Source of the DNA: an uncultured Gemmatimonadales bacterium
GTDB lineage: Bacteria > Gemmatimonadota > Gemmatimonadetes > Gemmatimonadales > GWC2-71-9
NCBI GenBank assembly: GCA_963730185.1
Contig: CAVSQW010000012.1
Span: forward strand, 64,001 to 128,000
Direction of reading: 5' to 3'
DNA: 64,000 nt
Every line of letters starts with the position of its first letter. Position 1 is the stretch's first letter. Of the stretch, positions 9,101-19,596 are shown one piece after another. The notes under the pieces are model-generated. The model ran no database searches. It had not been told where the DNA came from and was given only the letters and a program-made list of their open reading frames with translations. The translations under genes were made by a program, and so were the position numbers.

Positions 9101-11551
9101 TCATTCGCTGCGGAGAGCCTGCACCGGATCGACGCGGGTCGCGCGGCGGGCCGGGACGTAGCAGGCGAGGAACGCGACCGCCGCGAGGATCGCGGGGGCG
9201 ACGACGAAGGCCAGGGGATCCCAAGGGCTCACGCCGTAGAGCCAGGCGTCCAGCAGGCGGCTCCCGATCGCCGCCAGCACCAGGCCGGCCCCGAGCCCGA
9301 CGGCAACGACGCTCATCCCCTCGCGGAGCACCAGGGCCACCACGTCGCGCACGTGGGCACCCAGCGCCAGCCGGATCCCGAGCTCCCGGGTCCGCTGGGT
9401 CACGCCGTGAGCGATCGCGCCGTAGAGCCCGAGACACGCGATGGCCAGGCCGACCAGACCGAGCGCCATCAGGAGTCCGGTCGCGAACCGCGCGGGCCAG
9501 AGTCCCATCACCACCCGATCGCTGAGCGGTCCCGACGCGATCACGCTCAGCCCCGGATCGACCTCATCGAGCGCCGCCCGGACCCGGGGGAGGGCGGCGC
9601 CCGGGTCGCCGGCCGTCCGGGCGATCAGGGTCAGGTAGCTGTCGTAACGTTGGAGCACGGAGTAGTAGATCGCCGCCGTCGGCTCCTCACCGGGGGTATT
9701 GACCTTCACGTCGTGCACCACGCCGACCACCTCGTACCAGTGGTTGGGACCCGTGTCGAAGCTGTTGGCAAAGCGCTTGCCCATGGCATCCTGACCCGGC
9801 CAGAGCTGGCGGGCTGCGGTCTCGTTGATCACCGCGACTCTGGGAGCCCCCGGCCGGTCGGCGGCCGCGAGATCCCGGCCGGCCACCAGGGTCGCCCCGA
9901 TGGTGTGGAAGTAGGCCGGCCCGACGCTCGCGACCTGCACGAAGGGCGGCCGCTCTTCGCCCTGGAACGCCCGTCCCTCGATCCGGACCTCGTCCGAGGA
10001 CAGGTTGAGATCGAGCGGGGCCCGGTTGGTGACCGAGGCCGCGACGATCCCCGGCTCGCTCGCCAACCGGGCCAAGGCCTGTTCGACGAACCGTCGGCCG
10101 TCGTCGCCGCCGAAGCCTTGGTGGGCGAGGTTGAACTGGAGCATGGCGGCATGGTCGGGTTGGAACCCGAGATCGATCCGCTGGGCGCCCCCCAGTCCCC
10201 GGACCAGCAGCCCGGCCGCGACCAGCAGCAGGACCGACACCGTGAGCTGGCCGGCCAGGAGCAGGGCCCTGACGCGGGACCGCCGCCGCCCCCCGCCGAC
10301 CCGTCCTTGGTGGAGATCGAGGGCGACCTCCACCCGACCGGCCCGGGCCGCCGGAATCACACCGAACCCGATGCCGGCCAGCATGGCGACCGCCGCAGTG
10401 AACGCAATCACCCGCCAATCGATCGCCAGATCGAGCGAGAGCGGCAGCGGGATGGGCGGCTGGAAGGCCACCAGCGCACGGGTCGACCAGCCCACCAGCA
10501 ACAGACCCAGGGCGCCGCCGAGCATCGCCAGGAGCACGTTCTCGGTCAGCAGCTGTCGAGCCATCCGCCCCCGGCCCGCGCCGAGGGCCAATCGCACCGC
10601 GAACTCGCGCTGCCGGCCGGCGGCCCGGGTGAGCTGCAGAGTCGCCAGGTTGGCGCAGACGATCAGCAGCACCAGCGCGGGGATCGCGAGCAGGACCAGG
10701 GCGGCTCCGGTGATGACTCCGTCGATCATCGGGTTGATCACCACCGTGGCGGTCGAGACGCCCGTGAACGACAATCCCGCATTGGTCGTCGGATACTCCG
10801 CGGCCAGCTGCCGACCGATGGCGTCGAGATCCTGGCGGCCTTGCTCGACCGTGGCGCCGGGCTTGAGCCGGGCCTTGACGAACCCCGAGTGGTTCGACCG
10901 GTCGGTCAGCAGGGTCGTTCCAGGGTACAGCTGGGTCTGGGCCGCGGCCGGAATCCAGGCACCAGGGACCAGGCCGCGAACCATGCCCCCGAAGCTGGGA
11001 GGCGCCACGCCGATCACGGTGAACGGCCGGCCGTTCAGCCGGATGGCCTTCCCGACCGCCGCCGGGTCGGCGCCCAGCATCCGGGTCCAGAACTGATGAC
11101 TCACGACCACCGTCAACGGCGCCCCCTCCACGTCGTCCCTGGCCGGGTCGAACGTCCGGCCCAGCCAGGGCTTGACCCCCAGAACGTCGAAGTAGTTACC
11201 GGTGACCGTCTCGGCCCAGATGGTCCGGATCTCGTCGCCGGTGCCGTACCCCAGGCTGCCGAGACGGTAGAGCATCGCGTCGGCGAACACCCGACTCCGT
11301 TCCCGGAGGTCGCGGTAGTCGGGATACGACATCGAGCCGAAGGCGAAAGATTTCGAGCGGAGATAGACGTCCATCAGCCGCGCCGGCTCCGCGTAACCGC
11401 GGGGCCGGAGGAAGACGCCGTTGACGACGTTGAAGAGCGTGCTGGTGGCTCCGATGCCAAGCCCGAGCGTGAGCACGGCGACCAGGGTGAAGCCCGGCGC
11501 CTTGAGCAGCTGGCGGGCCGCATACCGGAGGTCGTGGAGCAGGGTGTCCAT
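9101..11551 (-). CDS. ABC permease with duplicated MacB_PCD/FtsX domains (ADOP family)
   Basis: 816 aa; MDTLLHDLRYAARQLLKAPGF, REFAVRLALGA, ends PARRATRVDPVQALRSE. Confidence 0.93.
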   Translation of the reverse strand: MDTLLHDLRYAARQLLKAPGFTLVAVLTLGLGIGATSTLFNVVNGVFLRPRGYAEPARLMDVYLRSKSFAFGSMSYPDYRDLRERSRVFADAMLYRLGSLGYGTGDEIRTIWAETVTGNYFDVLGVKPWLGRTFDPARDDVEGAPLTVVVSHQFWTRMLGADPAAVGKAIRLNGRPFTVIGVAPPSFGGMVRGLVPGAWIPAAAQTQLYPGTTLLTDRSNHSGFVKARLKPGATVEQGRQDLDAIGRQLAAEYPTTNAGLSFTGVSTATVVINPMIDGVITGAALVLLAIPALVLLIVCANLATLQLTRAAGRQREFAVRLALGAGRGRMARQLLTENVLLAMLGGALGLLLVGWSTRALVAFQPPIPLPLSLDLAIDWRVIAFTAAVAMLAGIGFGVIPAARAGRVEVALDLHQGRVGGGRRRSRVRALLLAGQLTVSVLLLVAAGLLVRGLGGAQRIDLGFQPDHAAMLQFNLAHQGFGGDDGRRFVEQALARLASEPGIVAASVTNRAPLDLNLSSDEVRIEGRAFQGEERPPFVQVASVGPAYFHTIGATLVAGRDLAAADRPGAPRVAVINETAARQLWPGQDAMGKRFANSFDTGPNHWYEVVGVVHDVKVNTPGEEPTAAIYYSVLQRYDSYLTLIARTAGDPGAALPRVRAALDEVDPGLSVIASGPLSDRVVMGLWPARFATGLLMALGLVGLAIACLGLYGAIAHGVTQRTRELGIRLALGAHVRDVVALVLREGMSVVAVGLGAGLVLAAIGSRLLDAWLYGVSPWDPLAFVVAPAILAAVAFLACYVPARRATRVDPVQALRSE

Positions 11552-11590
11552 GGCTCTGGCCTCCCGGAATGAGGCCCGGGGTTCCCGGGC

Positions 11591-12292
<702 letters not shown>

Positions 12293-12343
12293 GGCGTCTC
12301 CGGGGCAGTTGGGTAAGGGGCACGGTCGTTGGTCAGTCGTTGC

Positions 12344-13591
12344 TTACTTGATCTTCACCCGGTCCACGTTGTCCCACCGGGACATGTCGGACAGGATGAT
12401 CTTGTCACCGACGTTCAAGCCGTCGAGGATCTCCACCCGGCTCACCGAGGTCCGGCCGAACTTCACCTGAACCCGGTCGGCGTAATGGCCGTCGGGGGTC
12501 AGGCGAAAGATGGTACCCGGACTGTTCTGCTGCGCCAACGGGGGCCGCGAGACGTTGAGCACGTTGTCGAGCCGTTCCAGCTCGACCACCCCGTCGACGC
12601 TCAGGTCGGGTCGGGCGCCGTCCGGCGGCGTGCCGTCCAGCCCGACGTCCACGGCCACGGTCCCGTTGATGGGCGCGGGATCGATCCGGGTCACGTGTCC
12701 AGCCGCCAAACCGTTGCGCGTGTCGATCGTGGCCTTCTGGCCGATGGCCAGGTCCTTGGCCTGGGTCTCGGGGATCCGGAGCACGGCCTTGAGGCGGATC
12801 GGGGTCGGGACCACCTTGGCCAGCACCGCCCCCGGGAGTGCGTACTGCCCGACCTGGAGCGGCACTTCGGTCAGCACCCCGGTGGCGCCGGCCTTGACCG
12901 TCATCGACTGCACCAGGCCGTGCTGGAACGCGGCGATCGACTTGAGCCGGGCCACCTGCTCCTGCTGCACCCTGATCTGGTCCTCGATGGTCGAGGACAA
13001 GAGCTCGAGCCGCTCCCTCTCGATCCGGAGCCGCTCGATCAACGAGGTCGAGCGGTCCTGAGCCTGCTGCTGATCCAGGGGAATGATCAGCCCTTTCTTG
13101 AGCAGCTCCGCGCCGGCCTCGGCCCGCCGCTTGGCGTCGGCCGCCTCCTGCTCGGTCTGGGCAACCGTGGACTGCTGGTTGAGCTTGTTGTTCTCGAGAT
13201 TCGTTCGGAGCGTGACCAGGGCCGCCTCGGCGTCGGTGAGCAGCCGATCGGCGTTGAGCTGCTGGATCTGAACGTCGGGATTGGCCAGCTCCATTAGGAT
13301 GGTCTCGGGCTGCACCGTCACGCCCGGCAGAAAGTGGATCCTCTCGATCCGCCCCGCCGTCACCGCCGAGATCCAGCGAATCTCCTCGGGAATCAGGGTG
13401 CCCGGTCCCCGCACCTCGCGCACCATCTCGCCCTTGACCACTGAATCCGTGTAGATCGTGCTCCCGTCCACCGAAGGGGCCGCCGGTTGGAGTCGCGCCA
13501 GGGCCACGGTGACGGAGGCAAGCGCGATGACGCCCACCCCGATCAGGATCATCTTCTTCTTGCTTCGCGGCTTGTCGCGAACGATATCCAC
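12344..13591 (-). CDS. Periplasmic adaptor / membrane fusion protein (HlyD/MacA family)
   Basis: N-terminal TM, lipoyl-like halves around a coiled coil, C-terminal VKFGRTSVSRVEILDGLNVGDKIILSD; GTG start inferred. Confidence 0.9.
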   Translation of the reverse strand: MDIVRDKPRSKKKMILIGVGVIALASVTVALARLQPAAPSVDGSTIYTDSVVKGEMVREVRGPGTLIPEEIRWISAVTAGRIERIHFLPGVTVQPETILMELANPDVQIQQLNADRLLTDAEAALVTLRTNLENNKLNQQSTVAQTEQEAADAKRRAEAGAELLKKGLIIPLDQQQAQDRSTSLIERLRIERERLELLSSTIEDQIRVQQEQVARLKSIAAFQHGLVQSMTVKAGATGVLTEVPLQVGQYALPGAVLAKVVPTPIRLKAVLRIPETQAKDLAIGQKATIDTRNGLAAGHVTRIDPAPINGTVAVDVGLDGTPPDGARPDLSVDGVVELERLDNVLNVSRPPLAQQNSPGTIFRLTPDGHYADRVQVKFGRTSVSRVEILDGLNVGDKIILSDMSRWDNVDRVKIK

Positions 13592-13645
13592 CCAGACGCT
13601 CCCGCTTCGAGTCCATTGAGAGCCACCTAACCGAGATGGATCAAG

Positions 13646-13660
13646 GGAACTTTCGTGCCG
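13646..13660 (-). promoter_or_regulatory. Candidate sigma54 -24/-12 promoter for the exporter operon
   Basis: Minus strand CGGCACGAAAGTTCC vs consensus TGGCACG-N4-TTGC; -12 reads CC, so imperfect. Confidence 0.5.
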
Positions 13661-13734
13661 TCGGACCACCCGCCACAAAGCTTTGCCTGGCAACGGATTG
13701 CGATCTTCGGGCGCGCTTCAGGCCCGAGCGTGGT

Positions 13735-13769
13735 GTCCGAATGTGGGACGGGAAGTCCCACTCCCGAAC
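13735..13769. promoter_or_regulatory. Tandem palindromic sites, candidate enhancer (UAS) for the NtrC-like regulator
   Basis: GTCCG-N5-GGGAC and GTCCC-N5-CGAAC 20 bp apart; also perfect IR GTGGGAC-N5-GTCCCAC (13743-13761). Confidence 0.55.
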
Positions 13770-13901
13770 GAGGCGTCAGTGTCCGGGTCGGATCGGCTGG
13801 TTCACCCTTCCTTACGATCCGAGGCCGTCGCCGGAGCCCGAGGCAGACAGCCGGCCCACCAGGCCTTGCTGGGACGGCCTCCTTTGGTACCATTCCAGCC
13901 C

Positions 13902-14945
13902 ATGACGCCGGAACCTCGAGGCCAGCCGTCCGGCACCAGCGAATCGCGCTGGCAGGCCCTGACCCGCGGCGTGCCGCTCTACGTCGCGACCTTCTCGTGT
14001 GATGGCTACCTTACCTTCCTGAACCGGGGCCAGGGAATCGACGACCCCGCGCCGTTCCTCGGCCGCCACATCTCGGAGCTCCTCCCGCTCGGCGACGGGC
14101 TCGACATCCGAGACGCCATCACCGAGGTGGTTGGCGACGGCTCGCCGGTGCGGCTCGAGATCCCGGCGATGCTCCAGGACAGCCGGATGCGCTGGCTGGA
14201 GCTCCACCTGGCGCCGCTCCGCGAGGACGATCGCATCGTCGGAGTGCTCGCGGTCGGGCTGGACGTCACCGACAGCCGGCAGTCGGCCATCGAGCTCCGG
14301 ATGAGCGTCAACGCGCTCCACCGGGTCATCGAGTCCCGGGAACAGCTCGAGGCCGACCTCCACGACAGCGTGCTCCAGTCGCTCTTCGGCGTGGGGCTCC
14401 GGCTCGAAGCGGCTCGCGCCGCGGCCCGCTCGAGTGGCGGCCCGGGGGGCGGGCACCTCGATCTGGCGGTGGCTCAGCTCAACGCCACGATGAAGGAGAT
14501 CCGGCAGTTCATCGCCGAGGGGCACTCGAGCGCCCCACCGGGGACTCGGTGGGACGAGGCGCTGGCCGGCATTCTCCGGGGGCTCGAGGTCGAGAACGGC
14601 CCCCGGATCCAGCTACGGGTCGATCCCAAGGCGGTGGCCAGGGTGTCGCCGCCGGACCAGAGCGACGTGGTATCGATCGCCCGCGAGGCCGTGAACAACG
14701 CGGTGCGCCACGCCCGGGCCGGGCAGATCGTGGTCCGGCTCCTGGACGACGGGCCCGACATCCGGCTCGAGGTGGAGGACGATGGGATCGGCTTCCGACC
14801 CGACCAGGACGTGCGGGGACTGGGCATGCTGACCATGACCCGGCGGGCCAGCCGGATTGGCGCGATGCTGACGGTCCAGAGCTCGCCCGCCATGGGGACG
14901 CTGATCCGCCTCGACCTTCCCGTGGAGGCAGTTGATGGCGGCTGA
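13902..14945 (+). CDS. Cytoplasmic PAS-domain histidine kinase, HisKA_3 (NarX/DevS-like)
   Basis: PAS/PAC-like N-term, ADLHDSVLQSL, REAVNNAVRHA, VEDDGIGF, GLGM. Confidence 0.9.
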   Translation: MTPEPRGQPSGTSESRWQALTRGVPLYVATFSCDGYLTFLNRGQGIDDPAPFLGRHISELLPLGDGLDIRDAITEVVGDGSPVRLEIPAMLQDSRMRWLELHLAPLREDDRIVGVLAVGLDVTDSRQSAIELRMSVNALHRVIESREQLEADLHDSVLQSLFGVGLRLEAARAAARSSGGPGGGHLDLAVAQLNATMKEIRQFIAEGHSSAPPGTRWDEALAGILRGLEVENGPRIQLRVDPKAVARVSPPDQSDVVSIAREAVNNAVRHARAGQIVVRLLDDGPDIRLEVEDDGIGFRPDQDVRGLGMLTMTRRASRIGAMLTVQSSPAMGTLIRLDLPVEAVDGG

Positions 14946-15603
14946 GAGCCCGATTCGAGTCCTGCTGGTCGACGACAGCGCGGTGGTTCGCATCGGGCTC
15001 AAGGAGGTCCTCTCGGCCGATCCGGCGATCGAGGTGATCGGCGAGGGCACCACCAGCGACGAAGGACTGGTGAAGGCGGTCGAGCTCCAGCCCGATGTCG
15101 TCCTGCTCGACGTTCGGCTGCCGGAGATCGGCGGGATCGAGACCTGCCGCCAGCTGCTCGAGACGATGCCCGGCGTCCGGGTGCTCTTCCTCTCGGCCTT
15201 CGCCGATGAGGAGCTGGTCCGGGCGGGGATCCTAGTGGGCGCCCACGGTTATCTGCTCAAGGAGATCGACGCCGCCCTGCTGGTCGATTCGATCAAGCGG
15301 GTGGCGGGCGGCGACTCGATCCTGGACCCGACCCTGCGACAGGGCATGCTGGACTGGGTCCTCCGGAACGTCCCGGCCGGCGTGGCCGACCAGGCCGCCG
15401 GCGCGGCGCTCTCGCCTCAGGAGGAACGGATCGTGGCGCTGGTGGCCGACGGGAAGACCAACAAGGAGATCGCGGCGATCCTCGAGCTCTCCCCCAAGAC
15501 GGTGAAGAACTACCTCCACAACGTCTTCGAGAAGCTCGGTATCCGCCGCCGCTCCCAGGCGGCGGTGCTGCACGCCCGACGAAAGTTCGGCCGGGGCCTC
15601 TAA
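14935..15603 (+). CDS. NarL/DevR-family response regulator (REC + LuxR HTH)
   Basis: LLVDD, VVLLDVRLP, GYLLKE, LSPQEERI..GKTNKEIA..LSPKTVKNY. Confidence 0.94.
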   Translation: MAAESPIRVLLVDDSAVVRIGLKEVLSADPAIEVIGEGTTSDEGLVKAVELQPDVVLLDVRLPEIGGIETCRQLLETMPGVRVLFLSAFADEELVRAGILVGAHGYLLKEIDAALLVDSIKRVAGGDSILDPTLRQGMLDWVLRNVPAGVADQAAGAALSPQEERIVALVADGKTNKEIAAILELSPKTVKNYLHNVFEKLGIRRRSQAAVLHARRKFGRGL

Positions 15604-17738
15604 CCCGGGTAGTACCGGGCCCCGGCCGCGACCTGGCGGCGGAGGGCCTCGCAGGGCTCGAACCGGGGGCCGAGTCGACCCGCGAGCTCGTCGAGCACCC
15701 GAACCACCTCCGCCGCGCCCACCCCGTCGATCATCCGCAGCGGTCCGCCCCGGAACGGGGGGAAGCCGATCCCGAAAATCGCGCCGATGTCGCCGTCGCG
15801 TGGCTGGCGCACCACGCCCTCGTCGAGGGCCCGGGCCGCCTCGTTGAGGAGCGGATAGGCCAGGCGGCGCTGAATCTCGCCCGCGTCCACCTGCGCCAGC
15901 GGCTTGACTCCCAGGAGCGGGTAGACCGCCGGATCGGGCTCGGTCCTCTTACCGTTCTCGTAGCGGTAGAAGCCCTTCCCCGCCTTCCGTCCGATCCGCC
16001 CGTCCTCGAGCATCCGAGTCAGGGTCGGCGCCGGCGCCAGCCGATCGCCGAAAGCCTCGTGCATTACGCCCGCCCCTTTGCCGGCAACGTCGAGCCCGAC
16101 CTCGTCCAGCAGCGCGATCGGACCGACCGGAAAGCCGAAATCGAGCATGGCCCGGTCGATCGCCTCGATCGGGGCGCCCTCCAACACCACTCGCGCGGCT
16201 TCCGCCAAGTACGGAGACAGGATCCGATTGACCCAGAACCCAGGCCGATCGGCGACCACGATCACGGTCTTGCCCATCCGACGGCCGAGGCGAACGGCGG
16301 TGACGACGGCGTCGGGGCCGGTCCGCTCGCCCGGGATGACTTCGAGCAGCGGCATCCGATCGACCGGCGAAAAGAAGTGCATCCCGAGCACCCGTTCCGG
16401 ATGGGCGGCCCCTTCGGCGATTCGAGAGATCGGGATGGTCGAGGTGTTGGTCGCGAAGATCGCGTCAGGAGCGAGAACGGCCTCGAGCTCGGCCAGCACC
16501 TGGCGTTTCACGGACAGGTCCTCGAAGACGGCCTCGATCACCAGGTCGGCCCGACGGAAGCTGGCCAGATCCACACCGCCGCTGACCAGGGCCGCGAGGC
16601 GGGCCTGCTCGAACCGAGTGATCCGCTTCCGCTTGAGCCGTCCGTCCACCAGGTCGAGGGCCCCCTTGACCCCTCGACCCACCCGGACCAGGTCGGCGTC
16701 CTTGAGCCGCACCTCCACCCCCGCGGTCGTCACCGCGGTGCCGGCGATGGCCGAGCCCATGAACCCGGCCCCGACGACGCCGAGCCGGCGGACCTCCCGG
16801 GCCGTGCCGGCGCCGGGGGAGACCCCGTCGTCCTTCTTCAGCGCGGTCGTGGCGAAGAAGATCCGGACCAACTCGCGCGAGACCGGCGTGACCGCCAGCT
16901 CGCCGAAGGCGCGAGCTTCGGCCGCGAGGCCGGCCTTCATCCCCCGCGCCAGCCCCGTCCTCACCACGTCGAGCGCCCGAAGCGGCGCCGGGTAGTGGCC
17001 GCGGGTCCGTTTCATCACCTGCTTCCGGGCGGTCCGGTACACGATGGCCCGGCCCAGAGCGGTCCGGTCCAGGAACGCCCCTTGCCACCCGCCCTTCGGC
17101 GTCCGGCGGGGCGGCCCTTCGCGAGCCAGCCGGTCGGCCGCCTTGACCGCGATCTCCTCGAGGATCGGAGGCGGGACCAGTTCGTCGACCATCCCCAGGC
17201 GATGAGCCTTCTGGGCCCGCTCGCTCTTACCGGCGAGGATGATGTCGAGCGCCGCCCGAAGCCCGATCGTCCGGGGCAGGCGGTTCGAGCCGCCCGCGCC
17301 GGGCAGGATGCCCAGCTGAATCTCGGGGAGACCGAGCTGGGTCTTGGGATGGTCGGTGGCCACCCGATAGTGGCACGCCAGCGAGAGCTCGAGCCCCAGG
17401 CCGAGGCAGGTGCCATGGATGGCGGAGACGATCGGCTTCGGGAAGCGGGCCACCCGGTCCAGGAAGGCGTGCCCGGCGGCGCTCATCGCCTCGCCGTCGG
17501 CCGCGGTGGCGATCCTGGTGAACTCGTTGATGTCCGCGCCGGCGATGAAGCTGTCCGGCTTGCCCGAGATCAGCACCACCCCCCGGACCGCCGAATCGTC
17601 CCGGAGCGTCGTCAGGACCGCCTCGAACTCCGCCACGGCCGGCGGACCAAAGGTGTTGACCGCCTCACCCGGCACGTCGAGCACGACCACCGCGATCCCG
17701 GGGCCGGCGGAGCGAACCGTCATGCGCCGCTCGGCCAT
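15600..17738 (-). CDS. fadJ: Fatty acid oxidation complex alpha subunit (enoyl-CoA hydratase/3-hydroxyacyl-CoA dehydrogenase)
   Basis: FIAGADI, LGLPEIQLGILPG, GVVGAGFMG, EAVFED, NTSTIPI, GMHFFSPV, PFRGGP. Confidence 0.92.
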   Translation of the reverse strand: MAERRMTVRSAGPGIAVVVLDVPGEAVNTFGPPAVAEFEAVLTTLRDDSAVRGVVLISGKPDSFIAGADINEFTRIATAADGEAMSAAGHAFLDRVARFPKPIVSAIHGTCLGLGLELSLACHYRVATDHPKTQLGLPEIQLGILPGAGGSNRLPRTIGLRAALDIILAGKSERAQKAHRLGMVDELVPPPILEEIAVKAADRLAREGPPRRTPKGGWQGAFLDRTALGRAIVYRTARKQVMKRTRGHYPAPLRALDVVRTGLARGMKAGLAAEARAFGELAVTPVSRELVRIFFATTALKKDDGVSPGAGTAREVRRLGVVGAGFMGSAIAGTAVTTAGVEVRLKDADLVRVGRGVKGALDLVDGRLKRKRITRFEQARLAALVSGGVDLASFRRADLVIEAVFEDLSVKRQVLAELEAVLAPDAIFATNTSTIPISRIAEGAAHPERVLGMHFFSPVDRMPLLEVIPGERTGPDAVVTAVRLGRRMGKTVIVVADRPGFWVNRILSPYLAEAARVVLEGAPIEAIDRAMLDFGFPVGPIALLDEVGLDVAGKGAGVMHEAFGDRLAPAPTLTRMLEDGRIGRKAGKGFYRYENGKRTEPDPAVYPLLGVKPLAQVDAGEIQRRLAYPLLNEAARALDEGVVRQPRDGDIGAIFGIGFPPFRGGPLRMIDGVGAAEVVRVLDELAGRLGPRFEPCEALRRQVAAGARYYPG

Positions 17739-19030
17739 CAGCTCCGCTCCAGCACGAGCGCGAACCCCATCCCGCCCTGGGCACAGATCGAGATCAGGCC
17801 GAACTCTACGTCCCGCCGGGTCATCTCGTTGGCGAGGGTGGTGACCAGGCGGGCGCCGGTCGCGCCGAAAGGATGCCCGATCGCAATCGAGCCGCCGGTC
17901 ACGTTGGTTACCTCCCAGTTCACCTCGCCGGTCGGCGCCGACCGCCCGAGCCGATCCGCCCACGCCTTCGAGCCCCAGGCCTCGACGTTCGAGAGCACCT
18001 GGGCGGCGAACGCCTCGTGGATTTCGACCAAGCCGAGGTCCTTCCAGGTAATCCGGGCCCGGTCGAGCGCCTCGGGCACCGCGAAGACCGGCCCCATCAG
18101 CAGCTGCCAGCCGGGATCCACGGCAGTCACCGCGTAGCTCCGGACCGCCGCCAGCACCGGCAGCCCCAACGCCTCGGCCTTGCCCCGCGCCATCACGATG
18201 ACCGCGGCCGCGCCGTCGGTGAGCGGCGACGAGTTCCCGGCGGTGACGGTCCCGTACTTCCGGTCGAAGGCCGGCCGGAGCTCGGCCAGCTTCTCCAGAC
18301 TGGTGTCGGTCCGGATCCCGTTGTCGGTGATGACGATCTCGTCCATCCCTCGGCCGCCGAACCAGGGCGCGATCTCGGCCGTGAGCCGCCCGTCGGCGGT
18401 CCCGGCCGCGGCCCGCTGGTGGCTCATCAGGGCCAAGCGATCCTGTGCCTCCCGCGAGATGTGGTTCTCCTTGGCCATCTTCTCGGCCGACTGCCCCATG
18501 GTTTCGCCGGTCGAGGGCTCCGCGATGGCGGGAGTGACCGGGATCAGGTCACGCGGTCGGATCCGGGCGAAGGTCGCGAGCCGCTGCGCCAGCGTCTTGG
18601 CTCGGCTCGCCGCCACCAGGATCTCGCTCATCCGCCGGGAATGGAGGATGGGGACGTCGGAGAGCACTTCCACCCCGCCAGCAATAACGGTGTCGGCGTG
18701 CCCGAGCACGATCTGATCCGCGGCCGAGGTCACCGCCTGCGCGGCCGAGGCACAGGCTCGATTGAGGGTGTAAGCCGGGACCGTCTTGGGGAATTGCGGG
18801 AGGAGGCTCACCTCGCGGGCGACGTTGGGCGCCAGCACGGACGGCACCACCTGGCCGAAGATCACCTGGTCGACCTCGCGGCCGTCGAGGCCCGAGCGGG
18901 CCATGAGTTCGCGGGTGGCGAATCGGGCGAGGGCGACGCCCGAAGCCTCCCGGAGCACGGTACCGGCCCGGGCGAAGGGCGTACGAAGGCCAGCGACGAT
19001 CACGGGCTGGCGTTCGCGCGAACTGGCCAT
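17738..19030 (-). CDS. fadI: Acetyl-CoA C-acyltransferase (3-ketoacyl-CoA thiolase)
   Basis: GLRTPF, NRACAS, EIHEAFA, GGSIAIGHPFGATG, ICAQGGMG. Confidence 0.93.
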   Translation of the reverse strand: MASSRERQPVIVAGLRTPFARAGTVLREASGVALARFATRELMARSGLDGREVDQVIFGQVVPSVLAPNVAREVSLLPQFPKTVPAYTLNRACASAAQAVTSAADQIVLGHADTVIAGGVEVLSDVPILHSRRMSEILVAASRAKTLAQRLATFARIRPRDLIPVTPAIAEPSTGETMGQSAEKMAKENHISREAQDRLALMSHQRAAAGTADGRLTAEIAPWFGGRGMDEIVITDNGIRTDTSLEKLAELRPAFDRKYGTVTAGNSSPLTDGAAAVIVMARGKAEALGLPVLAAVRSYAVTAVDPGWQLLMGPVFAVPEALDRARITWKDLGLVEIHEAFAAQVLSNVEAWGSKAWADRLGRSAPTGEVNWEVTNVTGGSIAIGHPFGATGARLVTTLANEMTRRDVEFGLISICAQGGMGFALVLERS

Positions 19031-19033
19031 CGG

Positions 19034-19594
19034 TTACTTTCTTCGTTGAGCGAGTACGCTGCCGAGCGCGGCCCATTGGGCATTGTCGGCGGGTTCGAAC
19101 GCTTCTCGGCCGTGGATCACGGCGAGCGGGGCGACCAGCGTGGCCAGCTCGCCGGTGCGGAGCAGGTGCTCGTCACGCGCGGGACCCCACCCCAGCTGCC
19201 GCTGAATCTCGAGATAGGTCTCGAGAAGGAGCAGGCCGCCGGGACGGACTTGGTCGACGACCTGGCGGATCCGGGCCCGATCGAGATAGTTGAACACCAG
19301 CACGACGTCGAAGGTCCCGAAATCAGGCCAGGTGCGCTCGAGATCCGCCTCGACCCACTCGATCGGGAGCGAGCGGCGGGACGCCTCGGAGCGGGCGGCG
19401 TCAAGCTTGGCCCGATCGCGGTCTACCGCTACGACGCTCGCGCCGCGCTCGGCCGCCGCCAAGGCATGGCGGCCGCTCCCGCAGGCCAAGTCCAGCACCC
19501 GCGTGCCCGGAGTGATTCGGGCCGCGTGCCAGATGAACCAGTAGCTCGGGCGCTGCTCGAAGCCCGCCTCGGAGCCCGGAGAATCAGTCGACAG
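19034..19594 (-). CDS. Class I SAM-dependent methyltransferase (TehB-like)
   Basis: VLDLACGSGRH, VVAVD, FDVVLVFNYLDR, PGGLLLLET; frame stays open upstream to CTG at 19594; start uncertain. Confidence 0.85.
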   Translation of the reverse strand: MSTDSPGSEAGFEQRPSYWFIWHAARITPGTRVLDLACGSGRHALAAAERGASVVAVDRDRAKLDAARSEASRRSLPIEWVEADLERTWPDFGTFDVVLVFNYLDRARIRQVVDQVRPGGLLLLETYLEIQRQLGWGPARDEHLLRTGELATLVAPLAVIHGREAFEPADNAQWAALGSVLAQRRK

Positions 19595-19596
19595 AG

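Noticed and set aside
13688..13701. Plus-strand TGGCAACGGATTGC as a sigma54 promoter for the PAS kinase
   Set aside because: GG-to-GC spacing is 9, not the required 10; a sigma70-like -10 sits next to the ATG instead
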